A DNA stretch of 64,000 nucleotides. Origin: the human T2T-CHM13v2.0 reference genome, Homo sapiens. The stretch lies in the NCBI RefSeq assembly GCF_009914755.1, contig NC_060948.1; one strand, written 5' to 3'. Positions 26,108-40,371 of this stretch are shown one piece after another; within the stretch, counting starts at the first letter, position 1, and each line of letters starts with the position of its first letter. Made by a program: the position numbers and the translations under genes. The notes under the pieces are model-generated. The model searched no databases. It was not told where the DNA came from and saw nothing but the letters and a program-made list of their open reading frames with translations.

Positions 26108-29100
26108 GGCCTGGAATAAAGTGGAATGCTACGGTCTCAAATGGAATAAAAATGTATGGAATGGAATGCAATGAAACGGAATCGAATGTCATAGAATGTA
26201 ATGGAATGCAAAAAAATGGAATCCAAAATCATTGACTGGAAAGGCTGGGTGTCGAAAGGAATTGACTCCAATGGAATGGAATCGAATGGAGTGGAAGTGA
26301 ATAGAATCGAACTAAATCGAATGGAATGGAATTGATAGGAACGGAATGGAAAGGAATGCAATGATTTGGCACGGAATGGAATCGAATGGCATCGAATGGA
26401 ATGGAATGGAATGCAATGGAATGGAACGTATTAGAATGTAATGAACTTTAATGGAATGTACTCGAATGGATTCGACTGGAATGGAATGTTCTGGAAGTGA
26501 ATGGACTCCAATGGAATGGATTCAAAAGGAATGGAATCGTACGGAATGGAATCTAATGGAATGGAATTAAATGGAAATGAATCAAATTGAATAGCATGGA
26601 ATTGAATTGAATGGAATCGAATGCAATGGAATCTAACGAAACGGAAAGGAAAGGAATGGAATGGAATGGAATGGGCTGGAATGGAAAGGAATCGAAACGA
26701 ATGGAACGGAATCGAACTGAAGAGACTGGAATGGAATGCACTGGAATGGAAGGGAGTGTAATGGAAGGTTCTCGAAAAAAATGGAATCGAATGGAATGGA
26801 ATTGAATGGAACGGAATAGAGTCGAATGGAATTGAATGGAATGGAATGGACTAGAGTGAAATGGAATCGAACCACAAGGAATGGACAGGAATAGAATGGT
26901 CTCGAATTGAATGGAATCGTATGGAATGGCATCAAACGGAATGGAATGGACAGCCACGGAATGGAATGCACTCGAATGCAATGGAGTCGAAACTAATGGA
27001 CTGGAATAGAATGGACTCGACTGGTACGGACTCCAATGGAATGGAATCGAATGGAAGGGAATCGAACGGAATGGACTCGAAGGGAAAAGACTGCAATGGA
27101 AAGGTCTCGAATGGAATGGAAATAAATGGAATGGAATGGAATCGAATGAAATGGAGTCAAAAGGAATGGAATCGAATGGCAAGAAATCGAATGTAATGGA
27201 ATCGCAAGGAATTGATGTGAACGGAACGGAATGGAATGGAATCCAAAGGAATGGAATAGAATGGAATGGAATCGAATGGAAAGGACTCGAATGGAAATCA
27301 CTCGAATAGAATGCAATTTAATAAAATAGGACCAAATGTAATGGAATGGAATGGAAAGGAATCGAAACGAAAGGAATGGAGACAGATGGAATGGAATGGA
27401 ACAGAGAGCAATGGTATATAATGGAATGGAATCATCTGGAATGGAATTGAATGGAATGGAATAATATGAAATGGAATGGAATGGAATGGAATGGAATGCC
27501 CTTGAATTAAATTGACTGGAATGGAATGGACTCGAACAGAGTGGAATGGAAAGTGTTGAGATAGAATGGAATGGACTCGTTTGGAATGGTCTAGTAGGCA
27601 ATGCAATCGACTGGCAGGGAATCAAAAGGAATGTAATCGAATGGATTGGACTGGAATGCAATGGACTCGAATAGATTGCAAACGGAATGCAAAGGAATGG
27701 AATGGAATAGTATGGAATGGAATGGAAAGGAATGGAGTGGAATAGAGTAGAGTGGAATGGAATGGACTGGAAAGAAATGGACTGGAATGGAACTTTCTTG
27801 AATGGACTGGAATCAAACGGAATGGAATGCAATGCAATCAAATGGCATGGAATAAAATAGAATGAAAGAGAATCAAATGGAATTGAATCGAATGGAATCG
27901 AATGGATTGGAAAGGAATAGAATGGAATGGAATGGAATTGACTCAAATGGAATGGACTAGAATGGAATGGATTCGAATGGAAGGCAAAGGAATGGAATCT
28001 ATTGGAATGGACTGTAATGGAATGGAATGGAAGGGATTGGAATGGACTCGAATGGAATGGACTGCAATAGAAAGGATTCGAATGGAATGAAAAAGAATTG
28101 AATGGAATAGAACAGAATGGAATCAAATCGAATGAAATGGAATGGAATAGAAAGGAATGGAATGAAATGGAATGGAAAGGATTCGAATGGAATGCAATCG
28201 AATGGAATGGAATCGAACGGAATGGAATAAAATGGAAGAAAACTGGCAAGAAATGGAATCGAAATGAATGGAGTGTTATGGAACGGACTCAAAAGGAATT
28301 GAATGTAATAGAATGGAGTGGAGTGGACTCGAATATAATGGACTGGAATGGAATGAAATCACATGGAATGGGAACGAATGGAATGGAATGGAAAGGAATG
28401 GAATCGAATGGAAAGGAATCGAATGGAAGGGAATGAAATTGAATCAACAGGAATGGAAGGGAATAGAATAGACGGTAATGGAATGGACTCGAATTGAATG
28501 GACACGAATGCTCAAATTGAATGGACTCGAATGGAATGGAAACGAAAGGAATGTCATCGAATGGAATTGAATCGATTGGAATGAAATCGCATAGAATGGA
28601 GTGGAATCAAATGGAATTGAATCGAAAGGAAAGGAAGCGAATGGACTGAAATGAAATGGAATGGAATTGAATGGAAAGTAATGCAATGGAATAGAATGGA
28701 ACGAAATTTCACGGAATGGAATCAAACTGAATGGAATCAAATCAATGAAATCTAATCAAATGGAATGGAAAGGAATTGAATGGAGTAGATTGGATTGGAT
28801 GGGATTGGAATGAAATGTACTGCAAAGGACTCGAATTTCATGAAACGGAATGGAATGAATTGGAACGGAATGGACTCGAATGGAATGGAATGTCATGGAA
28901 TGGCATCAAATGGAATGGCATCAAATGGAATGGAATCGAATGCAATGGAATGCTATGGAATGGAATGGAATGCATTGGAATGGAATATCCTCTAATGGAA
29001 TGGATTCGAGTGGAATGGCATCGAATATAATGGAGTCGAATGAAATGGAATTGAAAAGAATGGGTTCGAATACAATGGAATATACTGGAATGTAATGTAA

Positions 29101-29676
29101 TGAACTCGAATGTAATTGACTGGAATGGAATGTACATGAATGGAATGTAATCGAATGGAAAGTAATCCAATGGAATAGAATCTAATGCAATAAAATCGAC
29201 TCAAATAGAGTAGAATGTAATGGAATGGAGTGCAGTGCAATGGAATGGAATGGAATGGAATGCAATGGAATGGAATGGAATGGAATGGAATGGAATGTAA
29301 TTTAATGGAATGGGATGGAATGGTATGGAATGGATAGTAATGGACTGGAGTGAAATGGACTGGAAAGGAATGGACTCAAATTGAAAGGGCTCGAAAGGAA
29401 TGGAGTCAAATGGAATGGTCTGGAATGGAATGAACACGAATGTAATGCAATCCAATAGAATGGAATCGAATGGCATGGAATATAAAGAAATGGAATCGAA
29501 GAGAATGGAAACAAATGGAATGGAATTGAATGGAATGGAATTGAATGGAATGGGAACGAATGGAGTGAAATTGTATGCAGTAGAAGAGAATAGAATGGAA
29601 TGCAAGCGAAAGGAAAGGAATGGATTGGAATGGAATGGAATTCATTGGAATGGAAGGGAATGTAGTGTAATGGACA
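26108..29676. repeat. DYZ1: DYZ1 unit U8, 3569 bp
   Basis: Tract n=11 (interrupted); downstream anchor mutated to GGTC. Confidence 0.93.
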
Positions 29677-32600
29677 GGTCTGGAATAAAGTGGAATGCTA
29701 CGGTCTCGAATGGAATAAAAATGTATGGAATGGAATGCAATGAAACGGAATCGAATGTCATAGAATGTAATGGAATGCAAAAAAATGGAATCCAAAATCA
29801 TTGACTGGAAAGGCTGGGTGTCGAAAGGAATTGACTCCAATGGAATGGAATCGAATGGAATGGAAGTGAATAGAATCGAACTAAATCGAATGGAATGGAA
29901 TTGATAGGAACGGAATGGAAAGGAATGCAATGATTTGGCATGGAATGGAATCGAATGGCATCGAATGGAATGGAATGGAATGCAATGGAATGGAAAGTAT
30001 TAGAATGTAATGAACTTTAATGGAATGTACTCGAATGGATTCGACTGGAATGGAATGTTCTGGAAGTGAATGGACTCCAATGGAATGGATTCCAAAGGAA
30101 TGGAATCGTACGGAATGGAATCTAATGGAATGGAATTAAATGGAAATGAATCAAATTGAATAGCACGGAATTGAATTGAATGGAATGGAATGCAATGGAA
30201 TCTAATGAAACGGAAAGGAAAGGAATGGAATGGAATGGAATGGGCTGGAATGGAAAGGAATCGAAACGAATGGAATGGAATCGAACTGAAGAGACTGGAA
30301 TGGAATGCACTGGAATGGAAGGGAGTGTAATGGAAGGTTCTCGAAAAAAATGGAATCGAATGGAATGGAATTGAATGGAACGGAATAGAGTCGAATGGAA
30401 TTGAATGGAATGGAATGGACTAGAGTGAAATGGAATCGAACCACAAGGGATGGACAGGAATACAATGGTCTCGAATTGAATGGAATCGTATGGAATGGCA
30501 TCAAACGGAATGGAATGGACAGCCACGGAATGGAATGCACTCGAATGCAATGGAGTCGAAACTAATGGACTGGAATAGAATGGACTCGACTGGTACGGAC
30601 TCCAATGGAATGGAATCGAATGGAAGGGAATCGAACGGAATGGACTCGAAGGGAAAAGACTGCAATGGAAAGGTCTCGAATGGAATGGAAATTAATGGAA
30701 TGGAATGGAATCGAATGAAATGGAGTCAAAAGGAATGGAATCGAATGGCAAGAAATCGAATGTAATGGAATCGCCAGGAATTGATGTGAACGGAACGGAA
30801 TGGAATGGAATCCAAAGGAATGGAATAGAATGGAATGGAATCGAATGGAAAGGACTCGAATGGAAATCACTCGAATAGAATCCAATTTAATAAAATAGGA
30901 TCAAATGTAATGGAATGGAATGGAAAGGAATCGAAACGAAAGGAATGGAGACAGATGGAATGGAATGGAACAGAGAGCAATGGTATAGAATGGAATGGAA
31001 TCATCTGGAATGGAATTGAATGGAATGGAATAATATGAAATGGAATGGAATGGAATGGAATGGAATGCCCTTGAATTAAATGGACTGGAATGGAATGGAC
31101 TCGAACAGAGTGGAATGGAAAGTGTTGAGATAGAATGGAATGGACTCCTTTGGAATGGTCTAGTATGCAATGCAATCGACTGGCAGGGAATCAAAAGGAA
31201 TGTAATGGAATGGACTGGACTGGAATGCAATGGACTCGAATAGATTGGAAACGGAATGCAAAGGAATGGAATGGAATAGTATGGAATGGAATGGAAAGGA
31301 ATGGAGTGGAATAGACTAGAGTGGAATGGAATGGACTGGAAAGCAATGGACTGGAATGGAACTTTCTTGAATGGACTGGAATCAAACGGAATGGAATGCA
31401 ATGCAATCAAATGGCATGGAATAAAATAGAATGAAGAAAATGAAATGGAATTGAATCGAATGGAATCGAATGGATTGGAAAGGAATAGAATGGAATGGAA
31501 TGGAATTGACTCAAATGGAATGGACTAGAATGGAATGGATTCGAATGGAAGGCAAAGGAATGGAATCTATTGGAATGGACTGTAATGGAATGGAATGGAA
31601 GGGATTGGAATGGACTCGAATGGAATGGACTGCAATAGAAAGGATTCGAATGGAATGAAAAAGAATTGAATGGAATAGAACAGAATGGAATCAAATCGAA
31701 TGAAATGGAATGGAATAGAAAGGAATGGAATGAAATGGAATGGAAAGGATTCGAATGGAATGCAATCGAATGGAATGGAATCGAACGGAATGGAATAAAA
31801 TGGAAGAAAACTGGCAAGAAATGGAATCGCAATGAATGGAGTGTTATGGAACGGACTCAAAAGGAATTGAATGTAATAGAATGGAGTGGAGTGGACTCGA
31901 ATATAATGGACTGGAAAGGAATGAAATCACATGGAATGGGAACGAATGGAATGGAATGGAAAGGAATGGAATCGAATGGAAAGGAATCGAATGGAAGGGA
32001 ATGAAATTGAATCAACAGGAATGGAAGGGAATAGAATAGACGGTAATGGAATGGACTCGAATAGAATGGACACGAATGCTCAAATTGAATGGACTCGAAT
32101 GGAATGGAAACGAAAGGAATGTCATCGAATGGAATTGAATCGATTGGAATGAAATCGCATAGAATGGAGTGGAATCAAATGGAATTGAATCGAAAGGAAA
32201 GGAAGCAAATGGACTGAAATGAAATGGAATGGAATTGAATGGAAAGTTATGTAATGGAATACAATGGAACGAAATTTCACGGAATGGAATCAAACTGAAT
32301 GGAATCAAATCAATGGAATCAAATCAAATGGAATGGAAAGGAATTGAATGGAGTAGGTTGGATGGGATGGGATTGGAATGAAATGTACTGGAAAGGACTC
32401 GAATTTCATGAAACGGAATGGAATGAATTGGAACGGAATGGATTCGAATGGAATGGAATGTCAGGGAATGGCATCAAATGGAATGGCATCAAATGGAATG
32501 GAATCGAATGCAATGGAATGCTATGGAATGGAATGGAATGCATTGGAATGGAATGTCCTCTAATGGAATGGATTCGAGTGGAATGGAATCGAATATAATG

Positions 32601-33239
32601 GAGTCGAATGAAATGGAATTGAAAGGAATAGGATCGAATACAATGGAATATACTGGAATGTAATTTAATGAACTCGAATGTAATTGACTGGAATGGAATG
32701 TACATGAATGGAATGTAATCGAATGGAAAGTAATCCAATGGAATAGAATCTAATGCAATAAAATCGACTCAGATAGAGTAGAATGTAATGGAATGGAGTG
32801 CAGTGCAATGGAATGGAATGGAATGGAATGCAATGGAATGGAATGGAATGGAATGGAATGGAATGGAATGGAATGGAATGGAATGGTGTGGAATGGATAG
32901 TAATGGACTGGAGTGAAATGGACTGGAAAGGAATGGACTCAAATTGAAAGGGCTCGAAAGGAATGGAATCAAATGGAATGGTCTGGAATGGAATGAACAC
33001 GAATGTAATGCAATCCAATAGAATGGAATCGAATGGCATGGAATATAAAGAAATGGAATCGAAGAGAATGGAAACAAATGGAATGGAATTGAGTGGAATG
33101 GAATTGAATGGAATGGGAACGAATGGAGTGAAATTGTATGCAGTAGAAGAGAATAGAATGGAATGCAAGCGAAAGGAAAGGAATGGATTGGAATGGAATG
33201 CAATTCATTGGAATGGAAGGGAATGTAGTGTAATGGACA
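29677..33239. repeat. DYZ1: DYZ1 unit U9, 3563 bp
   Basis: Tract n=10; net 1 bp deletion near 31436. Confidence 0.93.
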
Positions 33240-36200
33240 GGCCTGGAATAAAGTGGAATGCTACGGTCTCGAATGGAATAAAAATGTATGGAATGGAATG
33301 CAATGAAACGGAATCGAATGTCATAGAATGTAATGGAATGCAACAAAATGGAATCCAAAATCATTGACTGGAAAGGCTGGGTGTCGAAAGGAATTGACTC
33401 CAATGGAATGGAATCGAATGGAATGGAAGTGAATAGAATCGAACTAAATCGAATGGAATGGAATTGATAGGAACGGAATGGAAAGGAATGCAATGATTTG
33501 GCATGGAATGGAATCGAATGGCATCGAATGGAATGGAATGGAATGCAATGGAATGGAATGTATTAGAATGTAATGAACTTTAATGGAATGTACTCGAATG
33601 GATTCGACTGGAATGGAATGTTCTGGAAGTGAATGGACTCCAATGGAATGGATTCCAAAGGAATGGAATCGTACGGAATGGAATCTAATGGAATGGAATT
33701 AAATGGAAATGAATCAAATTGAATAGCACGGAATTGAATTGAATGGAATGGAATGCAATGGAATCTAATGAAACGGAAAGGAAAGGAATGGAATGGAATG
33801 GAATGGGCTGGAATGGAAAGGAATCGAAACGAATGGAATGGAATCGAACTGAAGAGACTGGAATGGAATGCACTGGAATGGAAGGGAGTGTAATGGAAGG
33901 TTCTCGAAAAAAATGGAATCGAATGGAATGGAATTGAATGGAACGGAATAGAGTCGAATGGAATTGAATGGAATGGAATGGACTAGAGTGAAATGGAATC
34001 GAACCACAAGGGATGGACAGGAATACAATGGTCTCGAATTGAATGGAATCGTATGGAATGGCATCAAACGGAATGGAATGGACAGCCACGGAATGGAATG
34101 CACTCGAATGCAATGGAGTCGAAACTAATGGACTGGAATAGAATGGACTCGACTGGTACGGACTCCAATGGAATGGAATCGAATGGAAGGGAATCGAACG
34201 GAATGGACTCGAAGGGAAAAGACTGCAATGGAAAGGTCTCGAATGGAATGGAAATTAATGGAATGGAATGGAATCGAATGAAATGGAGTCAAAAGGAATG
34301 GAATCGAATGGCAAGAAATTGAATGTAATGGAATCGCCAGGAATTGATGTGAACGGAACGGAATGGAATGGAATCCAAATGAATGGAATAGAATGAAATG
34401 GAATCGAATGGAAAGGACTCGAATGGAAATCACTCGAATAGAATGCAATTTAATAAAATAGGATCAAATGTAATGGAATGGAATGGAAAGGAATCGAAAC
34501 GAAAGGAATGGAGACAGATGGAATGGAATGGAACAGAGAGCAATGGTATAGAATGGAATGGAATCATCTGGAATGGAATTGAATGGAATGGAATAATATG
34601 AAATGGAATGGAATGGAATGGAATGGAATGCCCTTGAATTAAATGGACTGGAATGGAATGGACTCGAACAGAGTGGAATGGAAAGTGTTGAGATAGAATG
34701 GAATGGACTCCTTTGGAATGGTCTAGTATGCAATGCAATCGACTGGCAGGGAATCAAAAGGAATGTAATGGAATGGACTGGACTGGAATGCAATGGACTC
34801 GAATAGATTGGAAACGGAATGCAAAGGAATGGAATGGAATAGTATGGAATGGAATGGAAAGGAATGGAGTGGAATAGACTAGAGTGGAATGGAATGGACT
34901 GGAAAGCAATGGACTGGAATGGAACTTTCTTGAATGGACTGGAATCAAACGGAATGGAATCCAATGCAATCAAATGGCATGGAATAAAATAGAATGAAAG
35001 AGAATCAAATGGAATTGAATCGAATGGAATCGAATGGATTGGAAAGGAATAGAATGGAATGGAATGGAATTGACTCAAATGGAATGGACTAGAATGGAAT
35101 GGATTCGAATGGAAGGCAAAGGAATGGAATCTATTGGAATGGACTGTAATGGAATGGAATGGAAGGGATTGGAATGGACTCGAATGGAATGGACTGCAAT
35201 AGAAAGGATTCGAATGGAATGAAAAAGAATTGAATGGAATAGAACAGAATGGAATCAAATCGAATGAAATGGAATGGAATAGAAAGGAATGGAATGAAAT
35301 GGAATGGAAAGGATTCGAATGGAATGCAATCGAATGGAATGGAATCGAACGGAATGGAATAAAATGGAAGAAAACTGGCAAGAAATGGAATCGAAATGAA
35401 TGGAGTGTTATGGAACGGACTCAAAAGGAATTGAATGTAATAGAATGGAGTGGAGTGGACTCGAATATAATGGACTGGAATGGAATGAAATCACATGGAA
35501 TGGGAACGAATGGAATGGAATGGAAAGGAATGGAATCGAATGGAAAGGAATCGAATGGAAGGGAATGAAATTGAATCAACAGGAATGGAAGGGAATAGAA
35601 TAGACGGTAATGGAATGGACTCGAATAGAATGGACACGAATGTTCAAATTGAATGGACTCGAATGGAATGGAAACGAAAGGAATGTCATCGAATGGAATT
35701 GAATCGATTGGAATGAAATCGCATAGAATGGAGTGGAATCAAATGGAATTGAATCGAAAGGAAAGGAAGCGAATGGACTGAAATGAAATGGAATGGAATT
35801 GAATGGAAAGTTATGTAATGGAATACAATGGAACGAAATTTCACGGAATGGAATCAAACTGAATGGAATCAAATCAATGGAATCAAATCAAATGGAATGG
35901 AAAGGAATTGAATGGAGTAGATTGGATGGGATGGGATTGGAATGAAATGTACTGGAAAGGACTCGAATTTCATGAAACGGAATGGAATGAATTGGAACGG
36001 AATGGACTCGAATGGAATGGAATGTCAGGGAATGGCATCAAATGGAATGGCATCAAATGGAATGGAATCGAATGCAATGGAATGCTATGGAATGGAATGG
36101 AATGCATTGGAATTGAATGTCCTCTAATGGAATGGATTCGAGTGGAATGGAATCGAATATAATGGAGTCGAATGAAATGGAATTGAAAGGAATAGGATCG

Positions 36201-36798
36201 AATACAATGGAATATACTGGAATGTAATTTAATGAATTCGAATGTAATTGACTGGAATGGAATGTACATGAATGGAATGTAATCGAATGGAAAGTAATCC
36301 AATGGAATAGAATCTAATGCAATAAAATCGACTCAGATAGAGTAGAATGTAATGGAATGGAGTGCAGTGCAATGGAATGGAATGGAATGGAATGCAATGG
36401 AATGGAATGGAATGGAATGGAATGGAATGGAATGGAATGGAATGGTGTGGAATGGATAGTAATGGACTGGAGTGAAATGGACTGGAAAGGAATGGACTCA
36501 AATTGAAAGGGCTCGAAAGGAATGGAATCAAATGGAATGGTCTGGAATGGAATGAACACGAATGTAATGCAATCCAATAGAATGGAATCGAATGGCATGG
36601 AATATAAAGAAATGGAATCGAAGAGAATGGAAACAAATGGAATGGAATTGAGTGGAATGGAATTGAATGGAATGGGAACGAATGGAGTGAAATTGTATGC
36701 AGTAGAAGAGAATAGAATGGAATGCAAGCGAAAGGAAAGGAATGGATTGGAATGGAATGCAATTCATTGGAATGGAAGGGAATGTAGTGTAATGGACA
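33240..36798. repeat. DYZ1: DYZ1 unit U10, 3559 bp
   Basis: Anchor to anchor; tract n=9. Confidence 0.93.
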
Positions 36799-39700
36799 GG
36801 CCTGGAATAAAGTGGAATGCTACGGTCTCGAATGGAATAAAAATGTATGGAATGGAATGCAATGAAACGGAATCGAATGTCATAGAATGTAATGGAATGC
36901 AAAAAAATGGAATCCAAAATCATTGACTGGAAAGGCTGGGTGTCGAAAGGAATTGACTCCAATGGAATGGAATCGAATGGAATGGAAGTGAATAGAATCG
37001 AACTAAATCGAATGGAATGGAATTGATAGGAACGGAATGGAAAGGAATGCAATGATTTGGCATGGAATGGAATCGAATGGCATCGAATGGAATGGAATGG
37101 AATGCAATGGAATGGAATGTATTAGAATGTAATGAACTTTAATGGAATGTACTCGAATGGATTCGACTGGAATGCAATGTTCTGGAAGTGAATGGACTCC
37201 AATGGAATGGATTCCAAAGGAATGGAATCGTACGGAATGGAATCTAATGGAATGGAATTAAATGGAAATGAATCAAATTGAATAGCACGGAATTGAATTG
37301 AATGGAATGGAATGCAATGGAATCTAATGAAACGGAAAGGAAAGGAATGGAATGGAATGGAATGGGCTGGAATGGAAAGGAATCGAAACGAATGGAATGG
37401 AATCGAACTGAAGAGACTGGAATGGAATGCACTGGAATGGAAGGGAGTGTAATGGAAGGTTGTCGAAAAACTGGAATCGAATGGAATGGAATTGAATGGA
37501 ACGGAATAGAGTCGAATGGAATTGAATGGAATGGAATGGACTAGAGTGAAATGGAATCGAACCACAAGGAATGGACAGGAATAGAATGGTCTCGAATTGA
37601 ATGGAATCGTATGGAATGGCATCAAACTTAATGTAATGGACAGCCACGGAATGGAATGCACTCGAATGCAATGGAGTCGAAACTAATGGACTGGAAGAGA
37701 ATGGACTCGACTGGTACGGACTGCAATGGAATGGAATCGAATGGAAGGGAATCGAACGGAATGGACTCAAAGGGAAAAGACTGCAATGGAAAGGTCTCGA
37801 ATGGAATGGAAATTAATGGAATGGAATGGAATCGAATGAAATGGAGTCAAAAGGAATGGAATCGAATGGCAAGAAATCGAATGTAATGGAATCGCAAGGA
37901 ATTGATGTGAACGGAACGGAATGGAATGGAATCCAAAGGAATGGAATAGAATGGAATGGAATCGAATGGAAAGGACTCGAATGGAAATCACTCGAATAGA
38001 ATGCAATTTAATAAAATAGGATCAAATGTAATGGAATGGAATGGAAAGGAATCGAAACGAAAGGAATGGAGACAGATGGAATGGAATGGAACAGAGAGCA
38101 ATGGTATAGAATGGAATGGAATCATCTGGAATGGAATTGAATGGAATGGAATAATATGAAATGGAATGGAATGGAATGGAATGGAATGCCCTTGAATTAA
38201 ATGGACTGGAATGGAATGGACTCGAACAGAGTGGAATGGAAAGTGTTGAGATAGAATGGAATGGACTCCTTTGGAATGGTCTAGTATGCAATGCAATCGA
38301 CTGGTAGGGAATCAAAAGGAATGTAATCGAATGGATTGGACTGGAATGCAATGGACTCGAATAGATTGGAAACGGAATGCAAAGGAATGGAATGGAATAG
38401 TATGGAATGGAATGGAAAGGAATGGAGTGGAATAGACTAAAGTGGAATGGAATGGACTGGAAAGCAATAGACTGGAATGGAACTTTCTTGAATGGACTGG
38501 AATCAAACGGAATGGAATGCAATGCAATCAAATGGCATGGAATAAAATAGAATGAAAGAGAATCAAATGGAATTGAATCGAATGGAATCGAATGGATTGG
38601 AAAGGAATAGAATGGAATGGAATGGAATTGACTCAAATGGAATGGACTAGAATGGAATGGATTCGAATGGAAGGCAAAGGAATGGAATCTATTGGAATGG
38701 ACTGTAATGGAATGGAATGGAAGGGATTGGAATGGACTCGAATGGAATGGACTGCAATAGAAAGGATTCGAATGGAATGAAAAAGAATTGAATGGAATAG
38801 AACAGAATGGAATCAAATCGAATGAAATGGAATGGAATAGAAAGGAATGGAATGAAATGGAATGGAAAGGATTCGAATGGAATGCAATCGAATGGAATGG
38901 AATCGAACGGAATGGAATAAAATGGAAGAAAACAGGCAAGAAATGGAATCGAAATGAATGGAGTGTTATGGAACGGACTCAAAAGGAATTGAATGTAATA
39001 GAATGGAGTGGAGTGGACTCGAATATAATGGACTGGAATGGAATGAAATCACATGGAATGGGAACGAATGGAATGGAATGGAAAGGAATGGAATCGAATG
39101 GAAAGGAATCGAATGGAAGGGAATGAAATTGAATCAACAGGAATGGAAGGGAATAGAATAGACGGTAATGGAATGGACTCGAATAGAATGGACACGAATG
39201 CTCAAATTGAATGGACTCGAATGGAATGGAAACGAAAGGAATGTCATCGAATGGAATTGAATCGATTGGAATGAAATCGCATAGAATGGAGTGGAATCAA
39301 ATGGAATTGAATCGAAAGGAAAGGAAGCGAATGGACTGAAATGAAATGGAATGGAATTGAATGGAAAGTAATGCAATGGAATAGAATGGAACGAAATTTC
39401 ACGGAATGGAATCAAACTGAATGGAATCAAATCAATGGAATCAAATCAAATGGAATGGAAAGGAATTGAATGGAGTAGATTGGATTGGATGGGATTGGAA
39501 TGAAATGTACTGGAAAGGACTCGAATTTCATGAAACGGAATGGAATGAATTGGAACGGAATGGACTCGAATGGAATGGAATGTCATGGAATGGCATCAAA
39601 TGGAATGGCATCAAATGGAATGGAATCGAATGCAATGGAATGTTATGGAATGGAATGGAATGCATTGGAATGGAATGTCCTCTAATGGAATGGATTCGAG

Positions 39701-40371
39701 TGGAATGGAATCGAATATAATGGAGTCGAATGAAATGGAATTGAAAGGAATGGGATCGAATAGAATGGAATATACTGGAATGTAATGTAATGAACTCGAA
39801 TGTAATTGACTGGAATGGAATGTACATGAATGGAATGTAATCGAATGGAAAGTAATCCAATGGAATAGAATCTAATGCAATAAAATCGACTCAGATAGAG
39901 TAGAATGTAATGGAATGGAGTGCAGTGCAAAGGAATGGAATGGAATGGAATGCAATGGAATGGAATGGAATGGAATGGAATGGAATGGAATGGAATGGAA
40001 TGGAATGGAATGGAATGGTGTGGAATGGATAGTAATGGACTGGAGTGAAATGGACTGGAAAGGAATGGACTCAAATTGAAAGGGCTCGAAAGGAATGGAA
40101 TCAAATGGAATGGTCTGGAATGGAATGAACACGAATGTAATGCAATCCAATAGAATGGAATCGAATGGCATGGAATATAAAGAAATGGAATCGAAGAGAA
40201 TGGAAACAAATGGAATGGAATTGAGTGGAATGGAATTGAATGGAATGGGAACGAATGGAGTGAAATTGTATGCAGTAGAAGAGAATAGAATGGAATGCAA
40301 GCGAAAGGAAAGGAATGGATTGGAATGGAATGCAATTCATTGGAATGGAAGGGAATGTAGTGTAATGGACA
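36799..40371. repeat. DYZ1: DYZ1 unit U11, 3573 bp
   Basis: Tract n=12; 1 bp deletion near 37471. Confidence 0.93.

Noticed and set aside
26993-28249. Longest ORF, 418 aa on the minus strand
   Set aside because: Produced by chance loss of stops in one copy; the same frame is 211-318 aa in other units; no recognisable domain.
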